DNA of 64,000 nucleotides from a virus. The position numbers and the translations under genes are program-made. The stretch's first letter is position 1. Each line of letters begins with the position of its first letter. Below are positions 37,882 through 48,286 of this stretch, one piece after another. The stretch lies in the IMG/VR virus record IMGVR_UViG_3300013117_000027; one strand, given 5' to 3'. The notes under the pieces are model-generated. The model had not been told where the DNA came from. It did no database searches and saw only the letters and a list, made by a program, of their open reading frames with translations.

Positions 37882-38982
37882 ATGGCAGTAGGAAATTTTA
37901 GTTTGCCGTTCAATATCCATAATATCCAAGAACAACCTATCAGAAATAGACCGGATAGATACGCACAGACTCCTTTAGCGGAAAGATTTCGCTTTGAAGT
38001 AAGTGAAGGTGTACGTCCTGCCGAATTTCTAGGCGTTTATAAGTATCTACCAGTAATGCAAAAAGATGTTACTACAGAAGATTACATTGTTCTTCCTAAA
38101 GGTAGAATAGTCTCAGCAATAAGCTCTGAAGATTCAACACCAACAGGTGGAATGGTAACTCCATCGGGTGAAGGAACAATATACTCTTTTACTAGTGCTA
38201 TCGATGGAACACTTAAAACACGTTCTATAGATAATTCTTTCTGGGGATATGACGAAGATATAAATGGATTAATCGTTCCATGTAATGGTGGAACAGATCA
38301 CTTAGCATACTATAGTGCTAATGATGCTACTAACGAAACTATAACAAATTCCGGTACAGTAGCAGCAGCTGGCGACGGCATTGTTATACCTGCTAACTAT
38401 CCTATAGGTACAATCTATCATGATTGGTATCAAGATATACGTGGTAGAGACCTTAACTATCAAATGTGGCCAGATGGTGGTCATGTACTTTGCGACTGGT
38501 ACGTAGAAGTTCCTTTTGTTAAAGTTACAGATGGTGCTAATTGGACTCCACTTGGATCTGGTATAACACCAGTAGCAGAAGCTTATAATCTTACAGATTA
38601 CAATGCTAAGTATAATATAAATAAGAAGTTCACATACCTCGCAGTTAACATTGACACCGATACATTCAGACCAGGTGTTTTCATTCAGTCTGACCTTATA
38701 GGTAACTATACTTATCAAGGTGTTGGCAATAAAACTGTACAAACAGTCGGAAGGCTTATGAGTATCGATAATAGATACCCTAAAAATGGTATGGAAGATG
38801 TACAAACATATCCAGGCAGTGATATGCCAGGAACACAAACAGCAGGTTTACCTGGATTCTTATTCGAATTCGTGTATGCTTGTCAATCATTAACTGGCAC
38901 AGCGCCAACAGTTGAGGAAATCCTTAACTACGTGCAAGCTGGTTACTATGGCGTAGCCAAGATTCAACTTTCAATAGCATAA
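37882..38982 (+). CDS. Capsid decoration/stabilising protein
   Basis: Between scaffold and MCP, AGGAGG SD, beta-rich. Confidence 0.6.
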   Translation: MAVGNFSLPFNIHNIQEQPIRNRPDRYAQTPLAERFRFEVSEGVRPAEFLGVYKYLPVMQKDVTTEDYIVLPKGRIVSAISSEDSTPTGGMVTPSGEGTIYSFTSAIDGTLKTRSIDNSFWGYDEDINGLIVPCNGGTDHLAYYSANDATNETITNSGTVAAAGDGIVIPANYPIGTIYHDWYQDIRGRDLNYQMWPDGGHVLCDWYVEVPFVKVTDGANWTPLGSGITPVAEAYNLTDYNAKYNINKKFTYLAVNIDTDTFRPGVFIQSDLIGNYTYQGVGNKTVQTVGRLMSIDNRYPKNGMEDVQTYPGSDMPGTQTAGLPGFLFEFVYACQSLTGTAPTVEEILNYVQAGYYGVAKIQLSIA

Positions 38983-38988
38983 GGAGTT

Positions 38989-40326
38989 ATGATGAGTATG
39001 TATATTAGAGACGAAGTAGCGATAAAGGCTTTTCCGAAAGCAAAAGAAAGAAATGCATTTTATAATGTATACAATGCTTTTACTAATCGCGGACTTATGA
39101 AAGATGACAAAGGCGATGCTGATTACTTTGAACTTCGAGATTTAGTTACTCAGCAAGGTCTTACACGTTTTATACCACAAAGTATAGAAGTAGTTGTAAG
39201 AGAAGCTTTAGAACCTAATCTATTCATCGTTGATAGACTCTTTCAACCTGTTCACATTCCTCGTGGAACACGTATCCAAATCGGTGCGGTCGGAGCAATG
39301 GAAGCAGCAAGAGTTGATCAAGGTGGTGAATACAAGGAAAAGTTCATGGACTTAGACGGTGGGAACATGATCGGACTCACAACTCATAAACATGGTCTTA
39401 AGATCTCTATGACTCAAGAAGTCTTAGATGATAACCTTTTCGATGTCGTTGGAATCTGGCTTAGAGCAGCTGGTAGAGCATTAGCTCGTCACAAAGAACG
39501 TCAAGGTGCGAAGATTATAAATGAAATAGGTTATGACGTATACGATAATATGGATCCTCTAAATTCATATCTAGGTAATACTACAGGTAGAGATATCTCT
39601 GGTACACCTAATGGTACAATGACTGTAAACGATGTATTCGGTATGTATACATACTTACTACACCGTGGATTCAATCCTAATGTACTTATGATGCACCCAT
39701 TTGCTTGGAAAACATTTATGACTGACACAGAAATGCGTGAAGTCGTTCTCCAAGGATCAACAGTAACAAGTGTAAGAAATCCTGCTGGATCATACGCTGA
39801 AAACTGGGGAACATCACATGAAGGATATGGTCTAAGAACAACTGCAACAGGTTATAGTGAAACATCTGGCAACCAAGTTAAGGGTGGAAACGCTTGGACA
39901 CAAACACTTAACCCTCTAGGTGCTACATTTAATATAGCCCCATCATACTTACCTTCTCCAGTAGAAGTGATTGTTACACCATACATTCCTTTCAGAGTTG
40001 GTAACAGAGGCGATGCTAGTGCAGGTAATGAATCTACAAGAGGTTCAATGTCTAACCTTGTCATGGTTGATTCAAGCAACTGTGGTATAATCGGACAATC
40101 AATGCCAGTAACAGTAGATAAGTGGACAGACCCAGAACGCGATATCGAAAACGTTAAGTTAAGAGAAGCGTATGGATTTGCAGTACTTGAACAAGGTAAG
40201 AGTATAGCAGTAGCTCGTAATGTAAGTACAGAACGTAACTACAACTTTGAAAATAGTAATAATCAAACTCTTAGTGAAATAACTAAGGATAGTGGTATCA
40301 TACCTAACTTAGGTAACTCTCTGTAA
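38989..40326 (+). CDS. Major capsid protein (HK97 fold)
   Basis: IPQSIEVVVREALEP, KHGLKISMTQEVLDD, AAGRALARHKE, PNVLMMHP, KLREAYGFAVL; followed by a strong terminator. Confidence 0.9.
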   Translation: MMSMYIRDEVAIKAFPKAKERNAFYNVYNAFTNRGLMKDDKGDADYFELRDLVTQQGLTRFIPQSIEVVVREALEPNLFIVDRLFQPVHIPRGTRIQIGAVGAMEAARVDQGGEYKEKFMDLDGGNMIGLTTHKHGLKISMTQEVLDDNLFDVVGIWLRAAGRALARHKERQGAKIINEIGYDVYDNMDPLNSYLGNTTGRDISGTPNGTMTVNDVFGMYTYLLHRGFNPNVLMMHPFAWKTFMTDTEMREVVLQGSTVTSVRNPAGSYAENWGTSHEGYGLRTTATGYSETSGNQVKGGNAWTQTLNPLGATFNIAPSYLPSPVEVIVTPYIPFRVGNRGDASAGNESTRGSMSNLVMVDSSNCGIIGQSMPVTVDKWTDPERDIENVKLREAYGFAVLEQGKSIAVARNVSTERNYNFENSNNQTLSEITKDSGIIPNLGNSL

Positions 40327-40353
40327 AATAGAAGTAGTTAGTTAAATATATAT

Positions 40354-40386
40354 AAGAGGGGCGTACAATAGTACGTCCCTTTTTTG
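40354..40386 (+). terminator. Intrinsic terminator after MCP
   Basis: GGGGCGTAC-AATA-GTACGTCCC-TTTTTT. Confidence 0.9.
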
Positions 40387-40478
40387 TTGTCTTATTACTT
40401 ATGATCTAAAGTTACTATACTAATTCATTAGGTGCTCTACACCTATATACGAAGTATACTATAAACATTGGAGATAAT

Positions 40479-41177
40479 ATGGGAAAAGCAAAAACAATAA
40501 AGTTGCCTAAGTATCTTAAACTAGCAAAGGGATTAATGTGGTTTGATATAGATGGCGAGAACGCAAGTGGCGTTCAACTTATAGCAACAGATGAGCAATT
40601 TGTTGGAAGAGGATATAACACTGATTCTGAATGGAATAAGTACAAACAAGATGGTTATATGTCGGTGAAACCTGTGGTTAACGATCTTAACGATAATAAG
40701 AATTCAGAAGATGGTCAGTATGGATACGTTAAATTACAAAAAGATAGATCATATTTTTGTACAACAAATATACCTAATACGAAGTTAGGTCATATACTTA
40801 CTGCTTATCAAAATGGAATACTTGTTAAGTATGATCCTAAGAAAGCGACTAAAATTAGATCAGAAGATGAAAAAGATCGCGAAATATTTCCTACACAACA
40901 AAAAGACTTCGCTTATAGACATGATGGAGACATAGTGTTCGAAGGAAATAATAAGGAAATATTTAGTAAGCTTCAAACTCTTAGTTATGAGAAACTTTGT
41001 AAGTTTATAGACGATTGCACACCAAGGTCTAGAGAACACTTACAAGATATGCTCGAATATGAACAAAAGGGTTATAATCCTCTATCAAGACCAAGAGATG
41101 AAGTTCTTAGATATATAAGAAAGAAACTTAATTCTTTTGGTAGCGGAATATCATCTATACGTGTAGATGAAGATTAA
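40479..41177 (+). CDS. Hypothetical (head-associated) protein
   Basis: ORF after MCP. Confidence 0.7.
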   Translation: MGKAKTIKLPKYLKLAKGLMWFDIDGENASGVQLIATDEQFVGRGYNTDSEWNKYKQDGYMSVKPVVNDLNDNKNSEDGQYGYVKLQKDRSYFCTTNIPNTKLGHILTAYQNGILVKYDPKKATKIRSEDEKDREIFPTQQKDFAYRHDGDIVFEGNNKEIFSKLQTLSYEKLCKFIDDCTPRSREHLQDMLEYEQKGYNPLSRPRDEVLRYIRKKLNSFGSGISSIRVDED

Positions 41178-41188
41178 AGGTTGTAACA

Positions 41189-41887
41189 ATGGCAAACTTC
41201 TATGTATCTGGACATTATCCTAATATAAATCAAGAGGCTATTCCTCGTAACCCTGAGATAAGGGTTATTTTTAACAAGGCATTAAGAACGAGTTCTATAG
41301 ACTATAGAACTATTAGTGTTCATGATGATCTTTACACTACTATACCTGGTACAGAAGGATGGGACTATACTAGTCGCGGCACATCGAGTGGTATGGCTAA
41401 CATCTTAACTTTTACACCTTCTATCTTGTTAGCTTCTAATACAAGATATACTGTATATGTTCATAGAAAACCAGATTCTGTTATAAGTATGTATGATGAT
41501 CAGTTAGATGATTCTTATACATTCTCTTTTATAACAGGAAGTGGTAGTATAGAAGGTCAACATCTTACACGAGAAGAACAATTAGAACTAGACCTTCAAC
41601 GAGCTATAGATCTAGAAGATTGGGAGTTAGCTGCACAAATACAGGCGTTACTAGATAGTGTTGACGAAAGCGGAGTTCTTCCGACTGAACCTGTTATAAG
41701 TGGACAACCTGTACCAGAAGTAATAGAAGACCTAGCGTTAACTTCTTCCTATCCTACTAACGGACAAGGAAATGTTTCCTTGACTAATCTTAAGTTTATA
41801 AAACTAGGATTTAATGATGTAATTTATTCGTCAGGTATTGCATTCGAACGATACATCTCAGTAGTTAAACGTAACGTTCTTAGTTAG
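41189..41887 (+). CDS. Ig-like domain virion protein
   Basis: YP......IPRNPEIRVIFN..L...ILTFTPS..LASNTRYTVYV...YTFSFITG. Confidence 0.75.
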   Translation: MANFYVSGHYPNINQEAIPRNPEIRVIFNKALRTSSIDYRTISVHDDLYTTIPGTEGWDYTSRGTSSGMANILTFTPSILLASNTRYTVYVHRKPDSVISMYDDQLDDSYTFSFITGSGSIEGQHLTREEQLELDLQRAIDLEDWELAAQIQALLDSVDESGVLPTEPVISGQPVPEVIEDLALTSSYPTNGQGNVSLTNLKFIKLGFNDVIYSSGIAFERYISVVKRNVLS

Positions 41888-41895
41888 GAGATATA

Positions 41896-43038
41896 ATGGA
41901 CACATTTATAAAGCAAGAAAGTGGAATATACTCATTAGTCCACAACTATCAGTATCAATTCAATCCTGGTGAAGTTATACAATCATTTAATATATATATA
42001 GATGATGTAGATCCTGTAGACGCGGCAGCGTCAGGATTATACTCTAGTGGTATGGTATACAACTACGCTAAATACGACGCTACAAGTCTCGTATTTACAA
42101 TAGCGAGCGGTGTCCATGAATCAGGATACTATATAAAGAGTGAAGTTACAACTAATGCTGGTAACTCGTATGATAGAACAACATATCTATATGTAGATGA
42201 AACGAACTATCCTAATGTATACGAAGACTTTTACTATAGATTTCAACACTCTATCTATGATAGAAATTTATACATTGTTCCTGACTTAAATCACACGTTT
42301 ATTTATAATCACGAATATCATGTTAATATACTAGCTGGTCTTTCAGGTGTTTACAATGGATATATGGAAGAGAGTGATAAGTTCTGGTTTACTTCACAGT
42401 ACTGTCCGTTATTTGCTACTATAACTACAATAGAGTTAATGGGTGGACCTACTATAGAGAATTTCTCTGAAGATACTGTTTATAGAATGATACATAAGAA
42501 TTCTATAGACGTGATAGATATTTATAATCTAGGTAATGGAACAAGTTATCCTTATAGTTATTGGGGATGCACGCCTCAGAACGTACCATTCTTAATGAGA
42601 AGATATGTAGAATGTAAGACTACTTATGATCTTCTTAATATAGCAGAGAACTATGTAGGTGTATCTAATACAGTTGGTCAGACTAAACACTTAGGTGATC
42701 TTGATATCAAGTATACAGGAACTCCAGGATCAAGTGGATCTAAAGAACTTACTGCTCCTGATATAAAGAAAAGATTGTTTGATTGCTTTAACTCTATTAT
42801 AGATTACTTCTCTAGAGGAGTATCAATAGCTATTAAAGGTATATACGATTGTTCTAAAGGTTATCCTCATCCTGTATTAGATGTAGGACATAACAGAGTT
42901 ATTAAAGGAATAGATCCATGGCTAGAATCATCTTCTGGACCAGGATTTAATGGACTAGGGTGGAGGTATGTAGATAAAGGTGGTTCACGTATACATTCTA
43001 GATCTAGGTATTATAGAACTGGAAGAGGAACATTCTAA
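41896..43038 (+). CDS. Head completion/neck protein candidate
   Basis: Position; FTSQYCPLFAT, RRYVECKT, TKHLGDLDIKY. Confidence 0.55.
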   Translation: MDTFIKQESGIYSLVHNYQYQFNPGEVIQSFNIYIDDVDPVDAAASGLYSSGMVYNYAKYDATSLVFTIASGVHESGYYIKSEVTTNAGNSYDRTTYLYVDETNYPNVYEDFYYRFQHSIYDRNLYIVPDLNHTFIYNHEYHVNILAGLSGVYNGYMEESDKFWFTSQYCPLFATITTIELMGGPTIENFSEDTVYRMIHKNSIDVIDIYNLGNGTSYPYSYWGCTPQNVPFLMRRYVECKTTYDLLNIAENYVGVSNTVGQTKHLGDLDIKYTGTPGSSGSKELTAPDIKKRLFDCFNSIIDYFSRGVSIAIKGIYDCSKGYPHPVLDVGHNRVIKGIDPWLESSSGPGFNGLGWRYVDKGGSRIHSRSRYYRTGRGTF

Positions 43039-43574
43039 TGGGAGTATTCACAGACCAAGTTATAACAACCAACGAGTTTATACGTGAAAGTATGTACTCT
43101 ACTACTTCAGAAGCCGATGGTATCGATCTTAGAGTAGAGATGAATTGGTTACTTTACGGAGATGGCGTTAACAAACCTAAAGGTCATTGGGTAGTAGTAA
43201 GACACTTCAATAGAACTGAAAAGTCTAAGTATTGGAATAAGTTTTCTAAAGAAGGTGTAGGAGGACCTGCTCACCCTTATACGGATTACCTTGTTAGATC
43301 AAGACGTATGCCTTATCCTATGACTGATACGAGTGATTACACTAAAGTCGGTGATATCTTTAGTGATAAGTTTATTTACTGGATAGAGTATACTGTTAAT
43401 ATTCACGCTGGCGATCAAATATTCGAGTTAAATGTTGTAGATCATAAAGTCGAACCTACTTCTTACAAGTTCGACGAGAAGTATAATGTTAAAAGATTAC
43501 ATCCTTACAGATTAGAGAATGGTAATGTACAATACTATGCTGCTCTCTGCGAACTTGATCATATTGACTACTAG
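43038..43574 (+). CDS. Neck/head-tail connector candidate
   Basis: Position; TAATG coupling. Confidence 0.5.
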   Translation: MGVFTDQVITTNEFIRESMYSTTSEADGIDLRVEMNWLLYGDGVNKPKGHWVVVRHFNRTEKSKYWNKFSKEGVGGPAHPYTDYLVRSRRMPYPMTDTSDYTKVGDIFSDKFIYWIEYTVNIHAGDQIFELNVVDHKVEPTSYKFDEKYNVKRLHPYRLENGNVQYYAALCELDHIDY

Positions 43575-43582
43575 GAGGAAAT

Positions 43583-44560
43583 ATGGTAGTAACTAATACA
43601 TCAGCATCACCACAAATACTTTTACCGGAGGTTACTCCGGACCTTAAGTTTACGTTATATGAACCTATTAGTAATAAGATATACGAGTATAATCGTGACA
43701 CTAATAATAGACTCACAAGTGTAGGTAATTTACAATCAGTGTTTGAGATGATGTGCTTACTAGAGAAGTCTATAAGAATAGTTAATCCTAGTGTTGTTTT
43801 TAGTCCAGACTTTCCCGACTATATGTTAGACAGAGATGATCCTAAGTATCTAAAAGATTACCCTATTATACAGACAACTGATGTGGGAAAGCTTCCTCAT
43901 CATAGAACAGATATGTTCCAGAGGAACTACGATGAGTATAAGACGGTAGATAGAATTCCTGCTCCTCATATAACATGGGCAACTGTTAGACAAGAGGCTG
44001 GAGGAACAGAACCTTTTAGAGGTACACAAGAAAGAAAACCTAGACAACGTAATTTTATAGGAAGATATGAACCGACTTATAAGATATACGATGATGGGCG
44101 ACAAGAACTTATTAGTAAGTATGGAGATAAAGTAGGATACTATCAGATAGAAGGTCAGACTTTTGATAATCTTGTACAGTTTAATATGTGGGCCCAGAGT
44201 GGATGGGAAGCAGAAGAACTTACTGATTGGTTTGAAGAATATATGAAGAAATATACAGGAATGTTCAGGGAAGCAGGAATAGTACAGATGTGGTTTGATA
44301 GACGTGTACGAGACGATAGACTTGTACAAATAAAAAACAAGTACCATATACGTTCGTTCCTATACTATGTTAGAACTGAACGTATTGATATAAACACTAT
44401 TAATCCTATTAAGCGGATTGAGGCCAAGTTTCACGTTGACGCAGGTGGTGACGGAGGACCTTTCCTTGATTCTTATGAATATGTCGCAAATAATTTTGAC
44501 GACAAACTGTTAAGAAAGTGGCATGGTGAATACTTTCTTCACGTTAATAATAAAATATAG
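43583..44560 (+). CDS. Tail completion/terminator candidate
   Basis: Directly before the sheath; FDNLVQFNMWAQS..EAEELTDWFEEYM. Confidence 0.5.
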   Translation: MVVTNTSASPQILLPEVTPDLKFTLYEPISNKIYEYNRDTNNRLTSVGNLQSVFEMMCLLEKSIRIVNPSVVFSPDFPDYMLDRDDPKYLKDYPIIQTTDVGKLPHHRTDMFQRNYDEYKTVDRIPAPHITWATVRQEAGGTEPFRGTQERKPRQRNFIGRYEPTYKIYDDGRQELISKYGDKVGYYQIEGQTFDNLVQFNMWAQSGWEAEELTDWFEEYMKKYTGMFREAGIVQMWFDRRVRDDRLVQIKNKYHIRSFLYYVRTERIDINTINPIKRIEAKFHVDAGGDGGPFLDSYEYVANNFDDKLLRKWHGEYFLHVNNKI

Positions 44561-44571
44561 AGGAGTACAAC

Positions 44572-47478
44572 ATGGCAAGAGAACATGCAATACCGAGTAC
44601 TTCTACGTTCATCCAGGACTTTGGACTGAATGTTACACCACAACCTGTTACTAAGAACAGACGTGTTGTAATAATCGGAACTGGCGAAGACGGTCCAATG
44701 TATGAACCAGTCTTAGTGGATAAACCAGAAGATTCTGAAATCATATGGGGACGCAGCGGCGCAGGAACATTAGTTCGTGGAATATTCGAATGTTGGGAAG
44801 CGCAAGCAGGAAGTCCTGATGTGGTTGGACTTAGAATAGGTAACGGCGTTAACGCGTATGTTGATATACTAGAAACAGATTCGTATGGGGTTCATGAGGA
44901 ACAGCCAGATAATAATGGTGATGGCGTTAGTTCATTACGATTAGATGCTCGCTTTCCAGGTGGAATCTATAATCAAATAACAGTACGTTACGACGATAGA
45001 CGTAACGTTGCTATATATAACCCTAAGACAGGACTAACATCGGTATTTACAGTTGATATAAATAACCCTAATAACACAAGTGTTGATACGCATAATGTTC
45101 AAGAGCTAGTAGATGCTATAAACGCAGATCCTAATCTTAACAGTGTGTTAACAGCTTCAACATCTGGAGTACTAACTGATTACGAACTAAAAGTAAGAAG
45201 TACTACCCCTGGTGTTAATGTTACTGATAATGGAGTTAAGCTTGATCTTAATACTATTATACAGGAATCAGAGATCATAGCTACAGAGAACGACGCGTTC
45301 TTAGTACCTTCTCCTATACTCCCTTACGGGTCTGGAGAAATAGGTAACGGTAAGTTAAAGATCTTAACAGTAACAAATAACCTTTTAGACGTAGAAGCTA
45401 TTGAATCAGTTTCTTATTCTGAATGGGAAAAGATAGACTTTACTGGAACAACAGGTAAGTTTGACTATACACCATTAGACGGTAAGGGAACAAGCCGGTG
45501 GGATACTATACAATGTATGTATGACTATGGTGATGGAGAAAATGTTATACCTGGCGATACAAAACTTGGAACACCAGACTCTAAGTACATGCATTCACCT
45601 TCAGGTAATGTTAAATCTGAGTATACTTATTACTTAGGTAACGTACTAATAGATGAGGTACCGACTGATCCAGCTGGTAAAGATGGCGCTAATGAATTTA
45701 CAATTAAATGCGACCTTCCTTTAGATGAAACTGAAGAGTTAGTTAATAGCGGGGTTACAGAAGCTTGGTTATCTACTAACGGCGCAACATACGCAGACTA
45801 TTACGATACAGCACTATCTGGTTATCTTTGGGCAACAAATCAGTATGTAGAAACAAAGACAGTAAATGGTATAGAAGTAAGACCTTCCGGACATATACAT
45901 GTATACGTTAGTGAAGATTTAGATCCTAACGGAAATTGGGTAGAAGTACCTTACGATAATGTGTCTGGTGTTTACATGAAGTCTTATACAGATCCTGATG
46001 GAATCGATCCAGGTGTTATAACTTTTGGTATTGGTCCTAATGCTTACCTTGCGAATTCAGGTGGATACGCAACTCAATACTCAGGTAAGACAGGAACAGG
46101 TGACTATATCAAGTTTACTAATATGGCTATACTTGTTGATGGTAATAATGATATTCGCGAGAATAGATATGTACGTATTACTGGTAGTACAGTAAAAGGT
46201 TTCATAAACGAAGTAGAAACTTTACCACAACTAGAAGCGAATACAAGTGCTTCTCTTACTCACTATTTCACGAGAGGACCTGAGTTGTTAATGAATACAC
46301 CACCTCAGTATCCTATACAATGTAACTATGGAACACGTATAACTTATGAACTAGATAGTAATGTTGCTATAAGTGATGCACTTAACGGCGAAATAGCTTT
46401 CACTAATCCTGAGCTACTTCCTGGACCAGGTGGTGGACCACTAGCTAGTGATAAAGATTCACATATAAGACTTAGGTATAAATACCTGCCTAACTTCCCT
46501 GCTATTACAACAGCAGCTATCTCTTTAAAGCATGGTACTAATGGTGCTAAACTTACACCAAAAGAGAAAGAAGAAGAATTTAAAAAGGTATATGAATATC
46601 TAAGAGACTTTGAAGCAACTTTATGGGTTCCTATGGAAGCTTATATAGATGATATCAAAGAAGATTACAATGCTATAACAGGACTTAAAGAACAATTGAG
46701 TACAACATATGCTCAAGATATGCAGGACTTCTTAGAAGAACTATCTATTAACTCTATACAACCACATGCAGTGTTTGGTGTTACACCTATTGTTGGTAAT
46801 ACATTAGGTGATAGAGATAATTGGGTGAAGAATCTTACAGAAGTAGATCTTAATGATGGTACAAGAGCAGCGAACGTGATGATAAATATACAAAGTAAGT
46901 TTGTATCTGTGTCAGCGTTTGAACCTATCTTCCTTAATCTTGGAAGAGGTAATCCCTATGCAGCAAATGGTCAAGCTGCTTACGCTGGTATGCTTGCTTC
47001 ATTACCTTACGATATAAGTCCAACAAATAAAGAGCTTGCTAATGTAACAGCATTACGTAAAGAGTTCTCTATGAGACAGTACGAAGCGCTTAATAATATG
47101 AGATATGTTGCTATGAAAACCAGAGCAACAAGACCTGTAATAGTCAATGACGTTACAGCAGCTCCTTATGGAAGTGACTTTGTGACTTGGAGTACTTACA
47201 GTATAACAGCCGAAGCTGCTGATAGAGTAAAGAGAATCGCTGACGCTTATCTAGGTCAACCTAATAGTGTTGTTCTTAGAAACGCAATGGACCAAGAGAT
47301 TGCTCAAACTTTAAACAATATGTCTGGACTACAAGCGTCTAATCATGTCATTACTTCAACAATCGAACAACAAGTTCGTGGAATTGTAGAAATCGATATA
47401 ATCCTAGTACCTATCTTCCCCATGAAGAAGATTCGTACTACTGTTAAACTCCGTAAGAGTTTACCAACTAACGAATAA
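44572..47478 (+). CDS. Contractile tail sheath protein with a large inserted domain
   Basis: VIIGTGEDGPMYEPV N-terminus; AYAGMLASL...SPTNK, VTAA..SDF, IDIILVPIFPMKKI C-terminus. Confidence 0.9.
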   Translation: MAREHAIPSTSTFIQDFGLNVTPQPVTKNRRVVIIGTGEDGPMYEPVLVDKPEDSEIIWGRSGAGTLVRGIFECWEAQAGSPDVVGLRIGNGVNAYVDILETDSYGVHEEQPDNNGDGVSSLRLDARFPGGIYNQITVRYDDRRNVAIYNPKTGLTSVFTVDINNPNNTSVDTHNVQELVDAINADPNLNSVLTASTSGVLTDYELKVRSTTPGVNVTDNGVKLDLNTIIQESEIIATENDAFLVPSPILPYGSGEIGNGKLKILTVTNNLLDVEAIESVSYSEWEKIDFTGTTGKFDYTPLDGKGTSRWDTIQCMYDYGDGENVIPGDTKLGTPDSKYMHSPSGNVKSEYTYYLGNVLIDEVPTDPAGKDGANEFTIKCDLPLDETEELVNSGVTEAWLSTNGATYADYYDTALSGYLWATNQYVETKTVNGIEVRPSGHIHVYVSEDLDPNGNWVEVPYDNVSGVYMKSYTDPDGIDPGVITFGIGPNAYLANSGGYATQYSGKTGTGDYIKFTNMAILVDGNNDIRENRYVRITGSTVKGFINEVETLPQLEANTSASLTHYFTRGPELLMNTPPQYPIQCNYGTRITYELDSNVAISDALNGEIAFTNPELLPGPGGGPLASDKDSHIRLRYKYLPNFPAITTAAISLKHGTNGAKLTPKEKEEEFKKVYEYLRDFEATLWVPMEAYIDDIKEDYNAITGLKEQLSTTYAQDMQDFLEELSINSIQPHAVFGVTPIVGNTLGDRDNWVKNLTEVDLNDGTRAANVMINIQSKFVSVSAFEPIFLNLGRGNPYAANGQAAYAGMLASLPYDISPTNKELANVTALRKEFSMRQYEALNNMRYVAMKTRATRPVIVNDVTAAPYGSDFVTWSTYSITAEAADRVKRIADAYLGQPNSVVLRNAMDQEIAQTLNNMSGLQASNHVITSTIEQQVRGIVEIDIILVPIFPMKKIRTTVKLRKSLPTNE

Positions 47479-47524
47479 TAAGGTAGTGGGAGAGATCCCA
47501 CTTCCATTTACTTGGAGGTAAAAA

Positions 47525-48238
47525 ATGGCAAATGGAATAGGTGGCGCTAACACTTTAAGTGATACACTTACAAGAACGTATAACGCGTTCTCAGGGTGTG
47601 ACATAGTTGCTACAATCAATGGAGTTGTGGTTGGTAACCTGAATGGTATATCTTATTCATCTACTAGAGAAAAGGCACCTATCTATACGATGGGTAATGT
47701 AGATGCTGTAGCTTTTGGTAGAGGTAAACGTGGTCATGCTGGCTCGTTAATCTTCACTAATTTCGACGCATCTCCTTTAACTGACATAATGGACGAAGCA
47801 GAAAAGAGCGGAAGACCACTTCATTATTACGCTAAAGGTAGTGATGTTCCAGCTGGAGGCAGAAGCTTCTTACTAGGACAACAAATCGACGAAGGTGATC
47901 TACGAGCATTCGGACATTCTAAACTTGCAAGACCGAACTACGCTGACCAACTTCCACCGTTTACTATAACTTTAACAGGACAAAACGAATACGGTAATAC
48001 ATCTGTGATGGCAATCTTAGGTGTAGAACTTATAAACGAAGGTTCTGGTATGAGTATAGACGACATCGTCACAGAGACACAAATGACGTTTGTGGCTCGT
48101 GGTATTATACCTTGGAGACGTGTGGTAGGTGGAGATCTAAGAGCTTTTGATCCTGCTACAGTAGGACCATCATCTCCTCTAGCAGCAGTTAGAGCAGCAT
48201 GGGCAGCACGAAGAGTACAAGAACAACAAGGTAACTAA
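47525..48238 (+). CDS. Tail tube protein
   Basis: Follows the sheath; FSGCDI, ISYSSTREKAPIYTMG, GKRGHAGSLIF, GMSIDD. Confidence 0.85.
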   Translation: MANGIGGANTLSDTLTRTYNAFSGCDIVATINGVVVGNLNGISYSSTREKAPIYTMGNVDAVAFGRGKRGHAGSLIFTNFDASPLTDIMDEAEKSGRPLHYYAKGSDVPAGGRSFLLGQQIDEGDLRAFGHSKLARPNYADQLPPFTITLTGQNEYGNTSVMAILGVELINEGSGMSIDDIVTETQMTFVARGIIPWRRVVGGDLRAFDPATVGPSSPLAAVRAAWAARRVQEQQGN

Positions 48239-48244
48239 TCATAA

Positions 48245-48270
48245 TAGCCCGGGTAACTGGGCTACTTTTT
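48245..48270 (+). terminator. Intrinsic terminator after the tube gene
   Basis: TAGCCCGG-GTAA-CTGGGCTA-CTTTTT. Confidence 0.85.
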
Positions 48271-48286
48271 CTCCAAAGGAACAGAT

